A stretch of 64,000 nt of DNA from Laetmonice hystrix (lineage: Eukaryota): contig OZ249436.1 of the NCBI GenBank assembly GCA_965235115.1, positions 8,868,001 to 8,932,000 on the forward strand, in the 5' to 3' direction. Each line of letters starts with the position of its first letter. Within the stretch, counting starts at the first letter, position 1. Positions 21,530 through 33,600 of the stretch are shown piece after piece. The translations under genes were made by a program, and so were the position numbers. The notes below the pieces were generated by a model, which worked only from the letters and a program-made list of their open reading frames with translations, did no database searches and was not told where the DNA came from.

Positions 21530-24500
21530 TTAAGTGGGACAGATTCCCTAAGCACTCGGTACATGCTTCGACCGACTGACGTCATGTCTCGGCTGTACGA
21601 CGAAGGTCGCAATGTTGGGGGGTGGGGTGGTGGGTGGCTAGGTCGGGACAGTGGCCCGGATGTAGACAACAGCAAACCGAAAGTCCCACGGTGCAGCCGT
21701 ACCGAAAATCGAACACTTCTCACTTAATTAGCCTGTGTCGGACGTTAGAGAGTTAGAACATCTGGTTTGCTCGCAGGTGAAGAAGAGACTGTTTTGCCTC
21801 TAGGGTAGAAAATTCGAGGATAGGTAGCCCCCCCCCCCCCCCCATGTTGAGAAATTCGATTTGAACTATGTGCATGTGCGTATGGCGACTATTTACTGCT
21901 CATCTCTACATCCGCGATACCGCTTTAACGACTTTGCGCAAATCCTGGGGGAATGGCCGCTTCATACATCCGAGGCCCACTCGGAACACCGACGCTGCTT
22001 CTGATTGGCTGTTTCTAGGTCATATCCGGAGGCGAAGCAGGTCTCATTGGCAGTCAGTCCACTTAAAGACCGGCCCCGACTATAAAAGCCGTCCCCGTGC
22101 CAGTGTGTATCGGTTAGCTCAGCTGAGGTCAACGTTACGGGTTCCCGGCCTTTAAAGCAATAACGACTGCATAAGAATAGTGCTGGGATTATTTTTTTAG
22201 CGGCCACGCGGACTCCATGCCCACCCCATTTGCTTTTGCACAGCATATGTAAATATAGCGGGCCAATGGCCTTGGGCACTGGTCAGTCTGGTTGGCTATT
22301 GAACACGCTATGTCATGTTTAGGATACCACCTGGGGCCGGTTGCACCAAAGGTGTCGTAAGTGCTTGCATGAATCCATGTGTAGGTCTACGTAGGCCCTA
22401 GTGTGGGCGTGATGCGTAATGCGAACTGCCTAGTGCGTAGGTACCTATAGGCCTATATGCATCAAAATCAATGAAAACAAGTTTGAGTGATTCCATGTGT
22501 GCGTATAGTGCGTAATGCGTGATTTCATTGTTTTGATTACGCAGACCGCAATACGCAATACGGACACATGTATGGGTTCCTGGCTTAAGACATGGCGTAA
22601 GTGCTGTTGCACCAAAAACGCTTACGCATCATGTAGGCTACTAAAGTCCGTCTCTTACGACATGACTTAGATTCTAAGTCACGTAACACGTGACGCACTC
22701 GGCGAAGGAGAGCACATCACTTGGCGGATCCATTCAGGAAAGGGGGGGGCACCTTTAAATTGGTGGATAGTCGGTGGGCCGCCTTTTCGGGGGCCTAGGG
22801 GGCCCTCCCATAGATTTTTGTAGGAACGACGGAGACATGTTTTCTGAACATATAGGCCTATAATAGAGTAAATTTCTCGCAAATCTTTCAACGAAATTCC
22901 ATTCTTTTTATGCATGAAATAGAGAAAATAGGCAAGAGTTTGAAAATTGGAGAGTCACTGGAGAGTGCGTACTAAGGGGGGCTCCAGTTTCACATTATTA
23001 AAAGTTATCCTTAGCCTATATAGAAGACTTTTTTGTGTTCAGCAGTTACGGTGATTTTGAACATTAGGTGTATGTATTGGAACAGTAAACGATTATACCT
23101 TACTACCACACAAAGTAATTTACGCCAGCTTTATGCTAAAAAAATGTTTCTTATCCCCTATAGGATATACTTCTAGCCCACTCTCAAATGTTTAGCCACC
23201 AAATATTACTAATAATTGCACTCGCGCCCAACTTACGCCACCTTCCACCACACGTAGGCCTGTGTAGATTGTAGGTCCGTGTCCTATGTTGTGTTGTTGG
23301 AACGGTCTCCTCGTAATGTTTTTGGGTTGTACTAAACTTGACTTGTGCGTGCGTAGTGCGTAGGAGAGCGACACTTCACAACCACAATTTTCAGTCGACG
23401 ATTGGATTATGAATGGGTCTAAAGAAAGGATGGGCCAACGGACACTCCTATATCAACGATTCCCATCCGTACTGACAGACACGGTCCCGCCGGGATCGTC
23501 TCATCCTGTAGAGGGACGAGTCCTGGAATTGAGGACGGGGACGGGGGACGTGAAACTATGAGTGGTTGGTTGACTAGGAGGGGCCGGATTAAATTTAAGG
23601 CCTCCTAGATGTAAAGGAAGCTCATGTTACAAAACATTTGGCCGTATTCGCCGTTGGTGCATAGGTCGTTGGTGGCGCCATCTGCTGGCAATCCCATTGC
23701 TGTTGCCTTTGTGAACTGGTTCCCGGCTCACTCGCTGGGTGGCTCTGTGGTCGACGCGAGAGCCACCTAGCGAGTGAGCCGGGAAGCAGCTTACTGCCTG
23801 TGGTGCCTGTGGTGCCTGTGCTGTGGTGCACGGTGACGTTCTTTGTGCACGGCCATATCAGGAATGAGGCATATAATATGTCTTGAGGCATTAGTGATGC
23901 AAAAAGGGTCTGAGCGTTGAACGATTTTAATTCATTTTCTATTACAATTGCCAACATGAAGTGCAAAATTGTATAAACATGTATAACTTAATTCGTAGGC
24001 CCTAATATTATTTATATCCAGCTAATATCGCTATGGTCTAGTTTATAGGTCTAGGTCCCTACTATTTCACGCGACCATCAGCCATATCCCTGTAAGGGAA
24101 ACCGGGGATTATTGAACATTTTTCACATTATTGGTGTTTTCGGAAAACCAGAGGCCCTCCAATGATATCGACACTTACCCCAATGCTTCCTTTATTATGT
24201 GGACAAAACAGTGGCTGAAATCAAACGATAAGTTATAGAGAATGAAACAATTTTCCAACGGGCATCGCGTATTACACTCGTTCCCTTTACTCGGGTCAAT
24301 GTCCGACACGTTACTGTCAGTCATTGCCAGGTCTAGGCCCAATGTGCCCATTGGCATTGGTCGTAACTGGCTTGGGCCTAATTTTGATAGAAATCATATT
24401 CCTTTTACTCTGAAGCTTATTTTCACTTTCCGACATCCGGTTTAGCTTGAAGAAGCTGTGCCTCTGAGCTTTCTGTTTACAAACTTGTAGACGACACAAA

Positions 24501-25710
24501 ACGTTCCAGTGACTGAAAGGACAGTGGCGACGCCAAAGGAATTCAAGTCATGCCTTTTTTTTATTAACGCCCCTTTGTAACACCCCTCAGGTTCACTTGT
24601 AACGGGAGGAAAAAGGCGTAAAATGTCTAGGCGTTAAGGCGTCCATTAACAACATATTTTTTTATTCTCAAAACACAAAAAGTTGATACTTTTTCTATTT
24701 TATTTTACTATTTTTGTGTAAGTGTTATATTTTGGACAAATCACTTGCGGATGTGCACTTGCGTATTAATTTTCACCCGCTGCTGAAATGAGTTGGACCA
24801 GCAAGGAGTTTGGTTGGAGGACAACCGAACTTCCGGCAAAAAAGTGACAAGGTTTTTGATATGCGTCGTGCGATTCATTGCTGTCTCTCCCACAGGTGGC
24901 GCATCTGTAGGGAAGGTTATCACGTGGTTTGCCGCGCTCGAATCCTCGTGTTATACCATTATTTGACCCCGGTTTCCCCTATATTGTATGGTTCATTCTG
25001 GAGAGATAATCTACTCGTCCAGAAGAAGTCAGTTGTCGAAACACCCGGTCATCTCGATGTTTTGGTTCACCTGTCTCCTGAAACCGTCACCAAACCCAGG
25101 AGATGGTGCGGGCCGAAACTCCAAGCCTCCTAGCGATGTGATGGACCTTCATTCCTCTTTGCCTCAACTCCACGATCATCATCCGCTGCTCTTCATTGAC
25201 GTTCTTCCTACTACCCACGCATAGCGACGACAAAATTGTTGTAAATCAGCTTTTTTAAGTTCTCGTAATATATATGCGCTATGAGTTGCGAGAAATCGGT
25301 GTTTTCGGGGGTTTTTTTTGCATCTTTTTTTTATTTCCGCTCTGTAGATTGCGGAAATGCTGTCGACATACATGTACTACCGATATAAAGATGGCACAAA
25401 AAAGCAAATCATGTGAAGAAAATGTTGAAATGTTTTCGTTTTCCCCTAAAAGGTATATAATATCTGCAATTATATTCTAGAGGGTCGCCTTTTACTCCTC
25501 CAGTGTCATCGGGACAAAAAAACTGGTACTCAGTTATTTAAACCATTTTGGAAAGTCGGGGTAACCATATGAGTTGGATATATCAGTTTCTGTATAGGCC
25601 GATAGTACCATGGTCTGGTGGTGACATACACACACACATAAATGTGTGGGTGGGTGTTAGGCAATAAACAGCTCATTGCACACACAAACACACACACCCA
25701 TTTGTGTGTG

Positions 25711-25872
25711 TATTAAATACAAAAAGATTTTGTATTTAATACAAAATCTTTTTGTATTTAATACAGAAACTTTTTGTGTTAATACAAAAAGTTTGTGTAT
25801 CTAATACAAAAACTTTTTGTATTTATACAAAAACGTTTTGTATTAGATACAAAAAGTTTTTGTATTAGATAC
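25711..25872. repeat. AT-rich palindromic minisatellite (TAATACAAAAA/TTTTTGTATT, about 22-24 bp period)
   Basis: Alternating self-complementary motifs seen directly. Confidence 0.85.
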
Positions 25873-25879
25873 TCTTATT

Positions 25880-26092
25880 AGCTCTTCTCTCGCTCTCGCT
25901 CGCTCTCGCTCTCGCTTTCTCTCGCTCTCTAGCTCTCTCTCCCCTCTCTCTCTTTATCTTTAACTCTCTCTCTATCTCTCTCTTCCCTCTCTCTCCCTCT
26001 CTCTTCTCTCTTTCTCTCTCTCTCTCTCTCTCTTTCGCTCTCCCTCCCTCCCTCCCTCCCTCTCTCTCTTTCTCCCTCTCTCTTTCGCCTTT
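25880..26092. repeat. (CT)n/(CCCT)n polypyrimidine microsatellite
   Basis: Seen directly. Confidence 0.95.
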
Positions 26093-26439
26093 CGAGTCCG
26101 CGGTGCCGTACACCCTGCAACTGATGCGACCCCCACCCCGCCAAAAACCCCTCCCAATATATTCCGGTGCCTGTGTCCATGCTCCCGGGAAGGAGCAGCC
26201 AACCGTTACACCTGGAAGGGCCAGCCCACATGCTCATTCTCTCACTCTGCCTATAGCTTCCTGTATACCAAATGCACCGCCATTCGTCTTTCGTGATTCA
26301 GTGACCCATTTGTGCCCGCAGTATAGTACCATTGCAGGCAAACGAAGTCCTTGCCTCTAAATATAACATTAATAGATTATTACGTGAGTTGGTGATAACT
26401 AAAAAAGGACCTGGCAACGGTACAAAAGTAATAGCGAGC

Positions 26440-27877
26440 CACCCTACCGTCCCCTACAGTCACCCTACCGTCCCCATGCAGTCACCCTACCGTCCCCTAC
26501 AGTCAGCCTGCCTCGCCCTGCAGTCACCTACCGTCCCTTACAGTCACCCTACCGTCCCCTACAGTCACCCGGCCGTCCCCTACAGTCAGCCTACCGTCCC
26601 CTACAGTCAGCCTACCGTCCCTACAGTCACCCTACCGTCCCTACAGTCACCCTACCGTCCCTCCGGTCACCCTACCGTCCCCTACAGTCACCCTACCGTC
26701 CCCTACAGTCACACTACCGTCCCCTATACAGTCACACTACCGTCCCTCCAGTCACCCTACCGTCCCCCACAGTCACCCTACCGTCCCCCACAGTCACCCT
26801 ACCGTCCCCTATACAGTCACACTACCGTCCCTCCAGTCACCCTACCGTCCCTCCAGTCACCCTACCGTCCCCTACAGTCACCCTACCGTCCCTACAGTCA
26901 CCCTACCGTCCCTACAGTCACCCTACCGTCCCCTATACAGTCACACTACCGTCCCTACAGTCACCCTACCGTCCCCCACAGTCACCCTACCGTCCCCCAC
27001 AGTCACCCTACCGTCCCCTATACAGTCACACTACCGTCCCTCCAGTCACCCTACCGTCCCCTACAGTCACCCTACCGTCCCCTACAGTCACCCTACCGTC
27101 CCCTACAGTCACCCTACCGTCCCTACAGTCACCCTACCGTCCCCTATACAGTCACACTACCGTCCCTACAGTCACCCTACCGTCCCCCACAGTCACCCTA
27201 CCGTCCCCCACAGTCACCCTACCGTCCCCTATACAGTCACACTACCGTCCCTCCAGTCACCCTACCGTCCCTCCAGTCACCCTACCGTCCCCTACAGTCA
27301 CCCTACCGTCCCCTACAGTCACCCTACCGTCCCCTCCAGTCACCCTACCGTCCCCTACAGTCACCCTACCGTCCCCTATACAGTCACACTACCGTCCCTC
27401 CAGTCACCCTACCGTCCCTACAGTCACCCTAATGCCCCTACAGTCACCCTACCGTCCCCTATACAGTCACACTACCGTCCCTCCAGTCACCCTACCGTCC
27501 CTACAGTCACCCTACCGTCCCCTACAGTCACCCTACCGTCCCTTAAAGTCACCCTACCGTCCCCTACAGTCACCCTACCGTCCCCTACAGTCACCCTACC
27601 GTCCCCTACAGTCACCCTACCGTCCCCTACAGTCAGCCTACCGTCCCCTACAGTCAGCCTACCGTCCCCTACAGTCACCCTACCGTCCCCTACAGTCAGC
27701 CTACCGTCCCCTACAGTCACCCTACCGTCCCTTACAGTCACCCGGCCGTCCCCTACAGTCACCCTACCGTCCCCTACAGTCACCCTACCGTCCCCTACAG
27801 TCACCCTACCGTCCCCTACAGTCACCCTGCCTCCCCCTGCAGTCACCCTACCGTCCCCTACAGCCTGCAGTCACCCT
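26440..27877. repeat. About 1.44-kb minisatellite, consensus CAGTCACCCTACCGTCCCCTA (20/21/23-bp variants)
   Basis: Seen directly; accounts for ORFs 26332..27432, 27432..27938 and 27487..27846. Confidence 0.95.
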
Positions 27878-28349
27878 GATGCATTCGTATCCGGATAAAC
27901 ATAATCCGGAATATCAAAATCGGTTCACTGGGGGCTGAAAACTACGGCTATTTCCGGTTAATTGAAGGCCATCTTGGACTTAGCAGCCATCTTGAATGTT
28001 GAAAACGTCTTCCAACCCCCCAACCCCCTCCATAAAGCACTACGGGGTCGTCAAAATCGTCAAGGGGCTGCTGAGATATGGGCAACCCCATGCTAATTAG
28101 GCTAATTATACAAATGAACTAATTTTCCCCAGAGTTGGCTCTTATAACCAAGCTAAAAGTATTTCTAGGGCCTATGTGGACCTATGTCAACCCAAAAAAA
28201 AACCATATACCATAAACCATGCAATTCTGGGTTTGCTGGCTGGCAGCTAGACAATAAAACTAAGTGGCGATAGCAGTATATCGTGTGGAGTTTTCTGTTG
28301 AAAATTAGGACAGGAAATCTCATATTGAATGGAGGCATGTACGTGTTGG

Positions 28350-28850
28350 CAAGCGTTTCTGGATGGATGTCTGCCTCGATCAGACGAGAAACCTTTAGCA
28401 ATTATCTGCGGAGCTTCTCAGGCCGACTCCGCCACCATGCATAGATCTACATACGAGGAAGATTGCCTGACTTGATGTTTAGCCAAAAACTCATTCTTTT
28501 ATCCACGCCATAAAGATTGTTTATAATTTACCATCAACCACGGGTCCTTATCTCCCTCAATATTTAAATGTATGCATGCATCGAGATCTATGTGAGGTCT
28601 GAGACCCTGAGAGCCGATGCTAACCGGGCAGAAGTTGACCCTGAGGTCAACCTTATGAATATTAATAGGACCTGTCATCGTCGCTCCACCCGCACTCACG
28701 GTCCTCACCGAAGGCTTACTTCTCGCAAAAATGCCTGATAGCCTTGCCCAGTTCGCTGATAAACAAATGTGTCCCTCCCTAACAATACAGTTTGTAGCAC
28801 TCTGACTTCTTGATACGGTTTAACACGCGAAATTCCAAAGTTTAGCTCCC
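28350..28850 (-). pseudogene. Decayed RecQ-like (SF2) helicase N-terminal fragment, likely transposon-derived
   Basis: FGISRVKPYQEVRVLQTVLLGRDTFVYQRTGQG-YQAF resembles RecQ motif 0/I (FG..l+p.Q...l.GrD.fv..pTG.GKSlcYQ) with KSLC missing. Downstream IHPETL resembles the y.sPE.L motif. Confidence 0.45.
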
Positions 28851-31800
28851 CTGGCATCCAAACATTAAAGGAAATCTGTCCGAAAATTGAAATAAACGCA
28901 GTCAATTCAACAAAACTTGAGTAGGCTAAAAACAATTATTTTAAGGGGTTTCTAGCAGTCTGGTACCATGGCGCGTCCATATCGACAATATTTTTAATTA
29001 TAATTAATTAATCGTTTACCTATTTGGCTAGAGACGAGAGCGCGGGAATCAAATCATGCCCTTATTTGGCTTATGGGGGAGGGCGGGCGGAGCAGTGCGA
29101 GGCAACGCATGCGCCCAATCCCGTTGCTTAGTAACGACCGCCCTAACAATGCTAACGCGGTCATGGCGGTCGGTTTAGGTTCTCAGTCCATTGAGATGAA
29201 AAATATGGGATGTATCGCCTCATTATGGCTCATAATCATCAACAGGCAGGCAGTGCTGTAATCTGATTGGGCTGCAGGGTACCGCCGCAAGGTGGAAAAC
29301 AGATGGCGCTGCGAGCTACGCGTTTCTGAGAATAGGCGGGCAGGCGGGAGGGGGGATCACTGGCAGCGGTTCAACCCCGAGCAGGGGAGGATGAGGATGG
29401 CAGTATTGTTATGGTAATGGCCGGGGTTCTTTAAATGGGCTCTAAAAAAATTAACAAGGAGGATGGGGGGGGGGGTCAATAAAATTAGGAGAGCGAACAA
29501 ATGGATAGGCCTACCATTTCGTTTAGTATTGGCAGGAACCGTGAGTCGACCGCCAAGAAGACTTTGTGTTTCATGCCATCTGCCAGTGTCATTCGGGGGT
29601 GGGGGGGGGGGTGGGGGGGTTCAATACGGTGGTCCGCCTGGCACAGGAGTTACACACTGACTGATTTGATTGTACGCGTTTCAGGATGACGCAACGTTAA
29701 CCATATAGGGCCCTATGCAATTGCTGGAACATGTATTATAAATTACAGATGTGTACCGTAACCGGCGTAAGTTGGGGGACTAAAAGCTTAGTTTTTCTGA
29801 ACTCGGGTGTTCGCAGTGGGAAAAATAAAACAATTCACATGGAAATTGTTGCCAGGGAAACTGGACATATTTGGCTTTTGTTTAGTATGATATTTTATAA
29901 GTAGATTCAATGATTCTTTTTTAGTCCGACCATTTGAAACCATCAAAAATGTATTTTAAAAAACTGATCTTTCTACATAGCAGCGCTTGCCACGCATGCA
30001 AAATCTGTCGCGACGACCTACACAAAAAACATCCAGAATTATTCCCCACAGAGATACTTTTGAGCAGCAGCGCTCTAAAATAATGCTATTTGATCAATGA
30101 AATAAGGATTGATTTTTTTATAAAGTCTTTATAAAGCGTTGTAAGTATGGAACTTGATGCCTGGTGCATGAATATGGCAGTCTACCTTCGAAGTCGTGCC
30201 GTATTCATGCACCAGGAAATTCGTTCCATACTTTCCGCCGTAAAGGCCCCTTATCTGCCTGCCCTTACGTGTTTAAATCCAGGTTGTTTCCTAATTTCGC
30301 GTTCCGTCTTACTTGGTGTTGATGTTTTCCGCGGGAACGAGTCCACAGTCAGCCTGTCCTTGACGAGCTTCAGCTGCAGGCCTCAGAGTTCCCATTCCTT
30401 ATTTAAGATGGCTACTTTTGAAATGACCAATGGCCGTCAGAAATAAGGAAGTGCAACCCAGGACTCCGTTGAAATCTTCGAGTTGCATTTAGGCCTATGT
30501 CGTGAAAAATACGTATTAGGCATAACCTCTATAATTTCATAATAGGTCTACATGGAGAACTAAAGCATTACAATATTCTTACTGGTTACTTTTACTCCAA
30601 TTCTGAAAAGGTCATCTTTCCGTAAATAATGTGAACAAAATACCTACTGCTATTATAGCTATATGATTTTTGAATTTACATGGATATAGTTGCATGTATC
30701 GAGTCAACCTTTACAACTCTCTGTATTTATAAAGCGAATTAAAAGATGACTTTCTTCATTGGTATTGGCCTCAACGTATACGTATATAAACCTAGTGTTA
30801 TACTTACTTAGGCCTACCTCACTGTTAATTTAGGAGCCCGCGTGATCTGCGGCCGTGATGTTTACCTGCATCCAACAAAGTGTTTCAGATGCAGTCCTCA
30901 TTTCCAGTGATGCCTGATGATCAGAAACCATGGCAGTTAGCTTCACTGAAATGACCTCTTCAAGTCGTCGATGTACATACACCATTCACGTGTGCCAAGA
31001 TTGTCAGAGGTGTCCATCACACCAGGTATAGACCCTGTTTACTGAGGTCCATATTTAATATATTTTCCTGTGAGTACACTTTCTAATTTCCATACGGCTC
31101 GCCTCTCTGCTCATATCCAGAATGATGTACACCTTCGTGCCATATTGAAAAGGCAAGCCAGTAGCCCAAGCGTGAAGAAGGGCCGTCTTTTAATGTAGCT
31201 TCTTGTGTTTCTGCCAAAAGGTTCCATGCATGGTTGGAAGATCGAGGGGCTAGACCTATATACTTTGCTATTGGCGCTTCATGGATTTTATAACACAGAG
31301 CGATAGTCCTACCTATATAAGTATAGTTCCCGTTATTAGGATTCAAAGATTAGGCCTCTATAGACGCTCACTAGATTTTAATAGATGTTATGCAATAGGC
31401 ATGATAAGCAGAAAATGACCCTGTTAGCTATATATAGATACTATAGATGCGCTGTTTGCTATCTTATTATTAGCCCATTCCTGAGATCTAAAATTGGGTA
31501 CTTTCCAAAATAATCAAGGAGGCAAGCAAGAACGACACGAACTCGTGGGCATGTGATATGTGGCAAGGGCGGTGATGCGTGCCGTCGACAAGCAGTGCCG
31601 AAAGCTCTACACAGAGGGAAGGCCGGGAAATACGGATCGCCTGGGCAAAAAGGATCACGCGTTTTTTGCTAACATTGATATAGGTATAACATTATCATGC
31701 AAAAAGTGATTGCAGTTGTGGAGCAAAGTCGTTTGGACGAAGCAATATTTTAGAACTGTCAAGAGCCATGAGCTAAAACAAGTTTTATTCTGTATTTGGG

Positions 31801-32005
31801 TAAAACGGGGTCAAACGAAATTTCAGTGTATATTTCACAGCATATTTGGGTTAATGCCATGGATAACGGCGAAACGTCTGTGTGCATAGCGGAAGTTTCG
31901 GCAATATTGGCTTTTCGGTAAAGTAGGCCTACATGGGGAAAAGATTGAGGGGTGTGTTGTTATTGTGCGCGCAAATTTAAGCACTCTGGGGCCCGGGGCC
32001 AGCCT

Positions 32006-32170
32006 GGGGACCGGTTTACTAATGTGCCGATAATAACGACGTCGATAATTTAACATAGAAGTGAATGGGTTGCTATAGATCTAGGTTGAAAACAACGACC
32101 TAGCAACCCATTCACTTCTATGTTAAATTATCGACGTCGTTATTATAGACACATTAGTAAAACGGGCCCC
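32006..32170. mobile_element. Palindromic MITE with GGGG(A/C)CCG termini
   Basis: About 65-bp inverted arms including a perfect ATAATAACGACGTCGATAATTTAACATAGAAGTGAATGGGTTGCTA / reverse complement pair. Confidence 0.8.
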
Positions 32171-32956
32171 ATATGCAGCATAACGGATCAGGCAAATCGG
32201 ATCTACATAATTTACCCAGGACAGAAATCTGATATAAGGTAAAGATATTCCTAAATGATCCGTTTTCCCAAATAATGTTGAAGCCCCCAGGGAAGGGGAG
32301 GAGGGCTATAGCCAAGAAACGCTTCGACAAAAAAAGGAGATAATTTCACATCTATTATGCGACTGCTGCTAACATTTTCAGCCCACTGTAGGCCAACGCA
32401 TTTGGCGATATCACAAAAAAAACAAACACAAAAAAATGACGTTCCTCCATGATTAGGGTGACCCGTTTTGCCCGAAGATTTTAGTGGAAAAATCATTCCC
32501 CCATGTAAAAGTTTTCGTTATTTTCTCGACAGATCTTTATGACTTCGACAGCGATGTACTATTGTGCGCCAATCTCCCATAATGCAGAGGGGCTTGCTCC
32601 ACTACCCCTCTGCCACACTCCTTCCCATGACCCTCTTCGTGCCTCGACTGTCACTGCCACAAGTGGCAAACTGGTTCCCTGCCTAGAGGAGTGAAGCAGG
32701 GACCCAGCCAGTGCCAGGCTGCCGGGACTACTCCTCTGCTGTTTTCATGATGTCGTAAGCAATACAAACTCCAAAAACCTTTTCTAATTTGTGGCTGAGG
32801 TTGTTACCTTGCCATCTCCTATCTCCTATCCTATCGTGCAAACAGCAAAAACATCCCGCAGAATATAATTTGACGGGTAATTTGTTGCCATGCTGTTTGC
32901 GCGGGATCCCCGCCCTGCGGAGTGAGCCCAACTTGGTGAGCCGTCTACGCGGAACG

Positions 32957-33377
32957 TAGCCTGGTCCCCGGTCTAAACACTACGTATATAGAGCCTGGTG
33001 ATGGCCAATCGAAGCAAGCGTTGTGATTGGCCCATCTAAAACATGGACGCAAACGAGGTATAGTTCCGTACCCTCCGTATTTCTTCAACAAGACACAAAT
33101 ATTTTCGTCAATCCATTTAAAATACAAGTGTTAAATGTCCTCACTTTTCTGGATGTAAACATAGCGTCAGCATGTTGCTATTGTTGGCCACTCCCGGCCT
33201 CGCTCCAAGCAGAAGTCAATCACTCTGTTAACGCTGACCAACGGACCGGAGGCGGAAGTGATTAGCTCCGACGCGGAAGTGCTTGGGGATACCACTTCCG
33301 TTTTACAGCTTTCTGTTAGCCATCACCGGGCCTAACATCACAGCGGATGCGTATGGTAGGCACCGGGGACCAGGCTA
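32957..33377. mobile_element. Non-autonomous Academ(H)-type DNA transposon, 421 bp
   Basis: TIR TAGCCTGGTCCCCGGT / ACCGGGGACCAGGCTA; perfect 9-bp TSD CGCGGAACG at 32948-32956 and 33378-33386. Confidence 0.8.
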
Positions 33378-33600
33378 CGCGGAACGCGAAACGCGCGACC
33401 TGTTCACATCCGACAATGAAATAGTTCTTAAAATAAATGCGAAGGAATGTTCTCGGGATAGAACATATCATGTTGATGCTGGTTTATTATGCGATATTTA
33501 AACATTTTAAACACTATTGGTGAAATCTAGCCTATATGGTTCCTATTTTAGGTGTACACTCTATATGAACTTTGTGGCTGTCGACCATAATTATTGTCAA

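Noticed and set aside
22110..22152. tRNA gene
   Set aside because: It has an A-box-like start but is too short, lacks a TTCRA T-loop and does not fold as a cloverleaf.
25865..26237. Glu/Arg-rich ORFs on the - strand
   Set aside because: Translation of the (GA)n microsatellite.
26332..27938. 366-aa and 168-aa Pro/Ser/Tyr-rich ORFs
   Set aside because: These are translations of a stop-free minisatellite whose 20/21/23-bp units shift frame freely.
30147..31346. Coding-like stretches that might be transposase remnants
   Set aside because: Frames are interrupted by stops and I could not identify any motif; a homology search would be needed.
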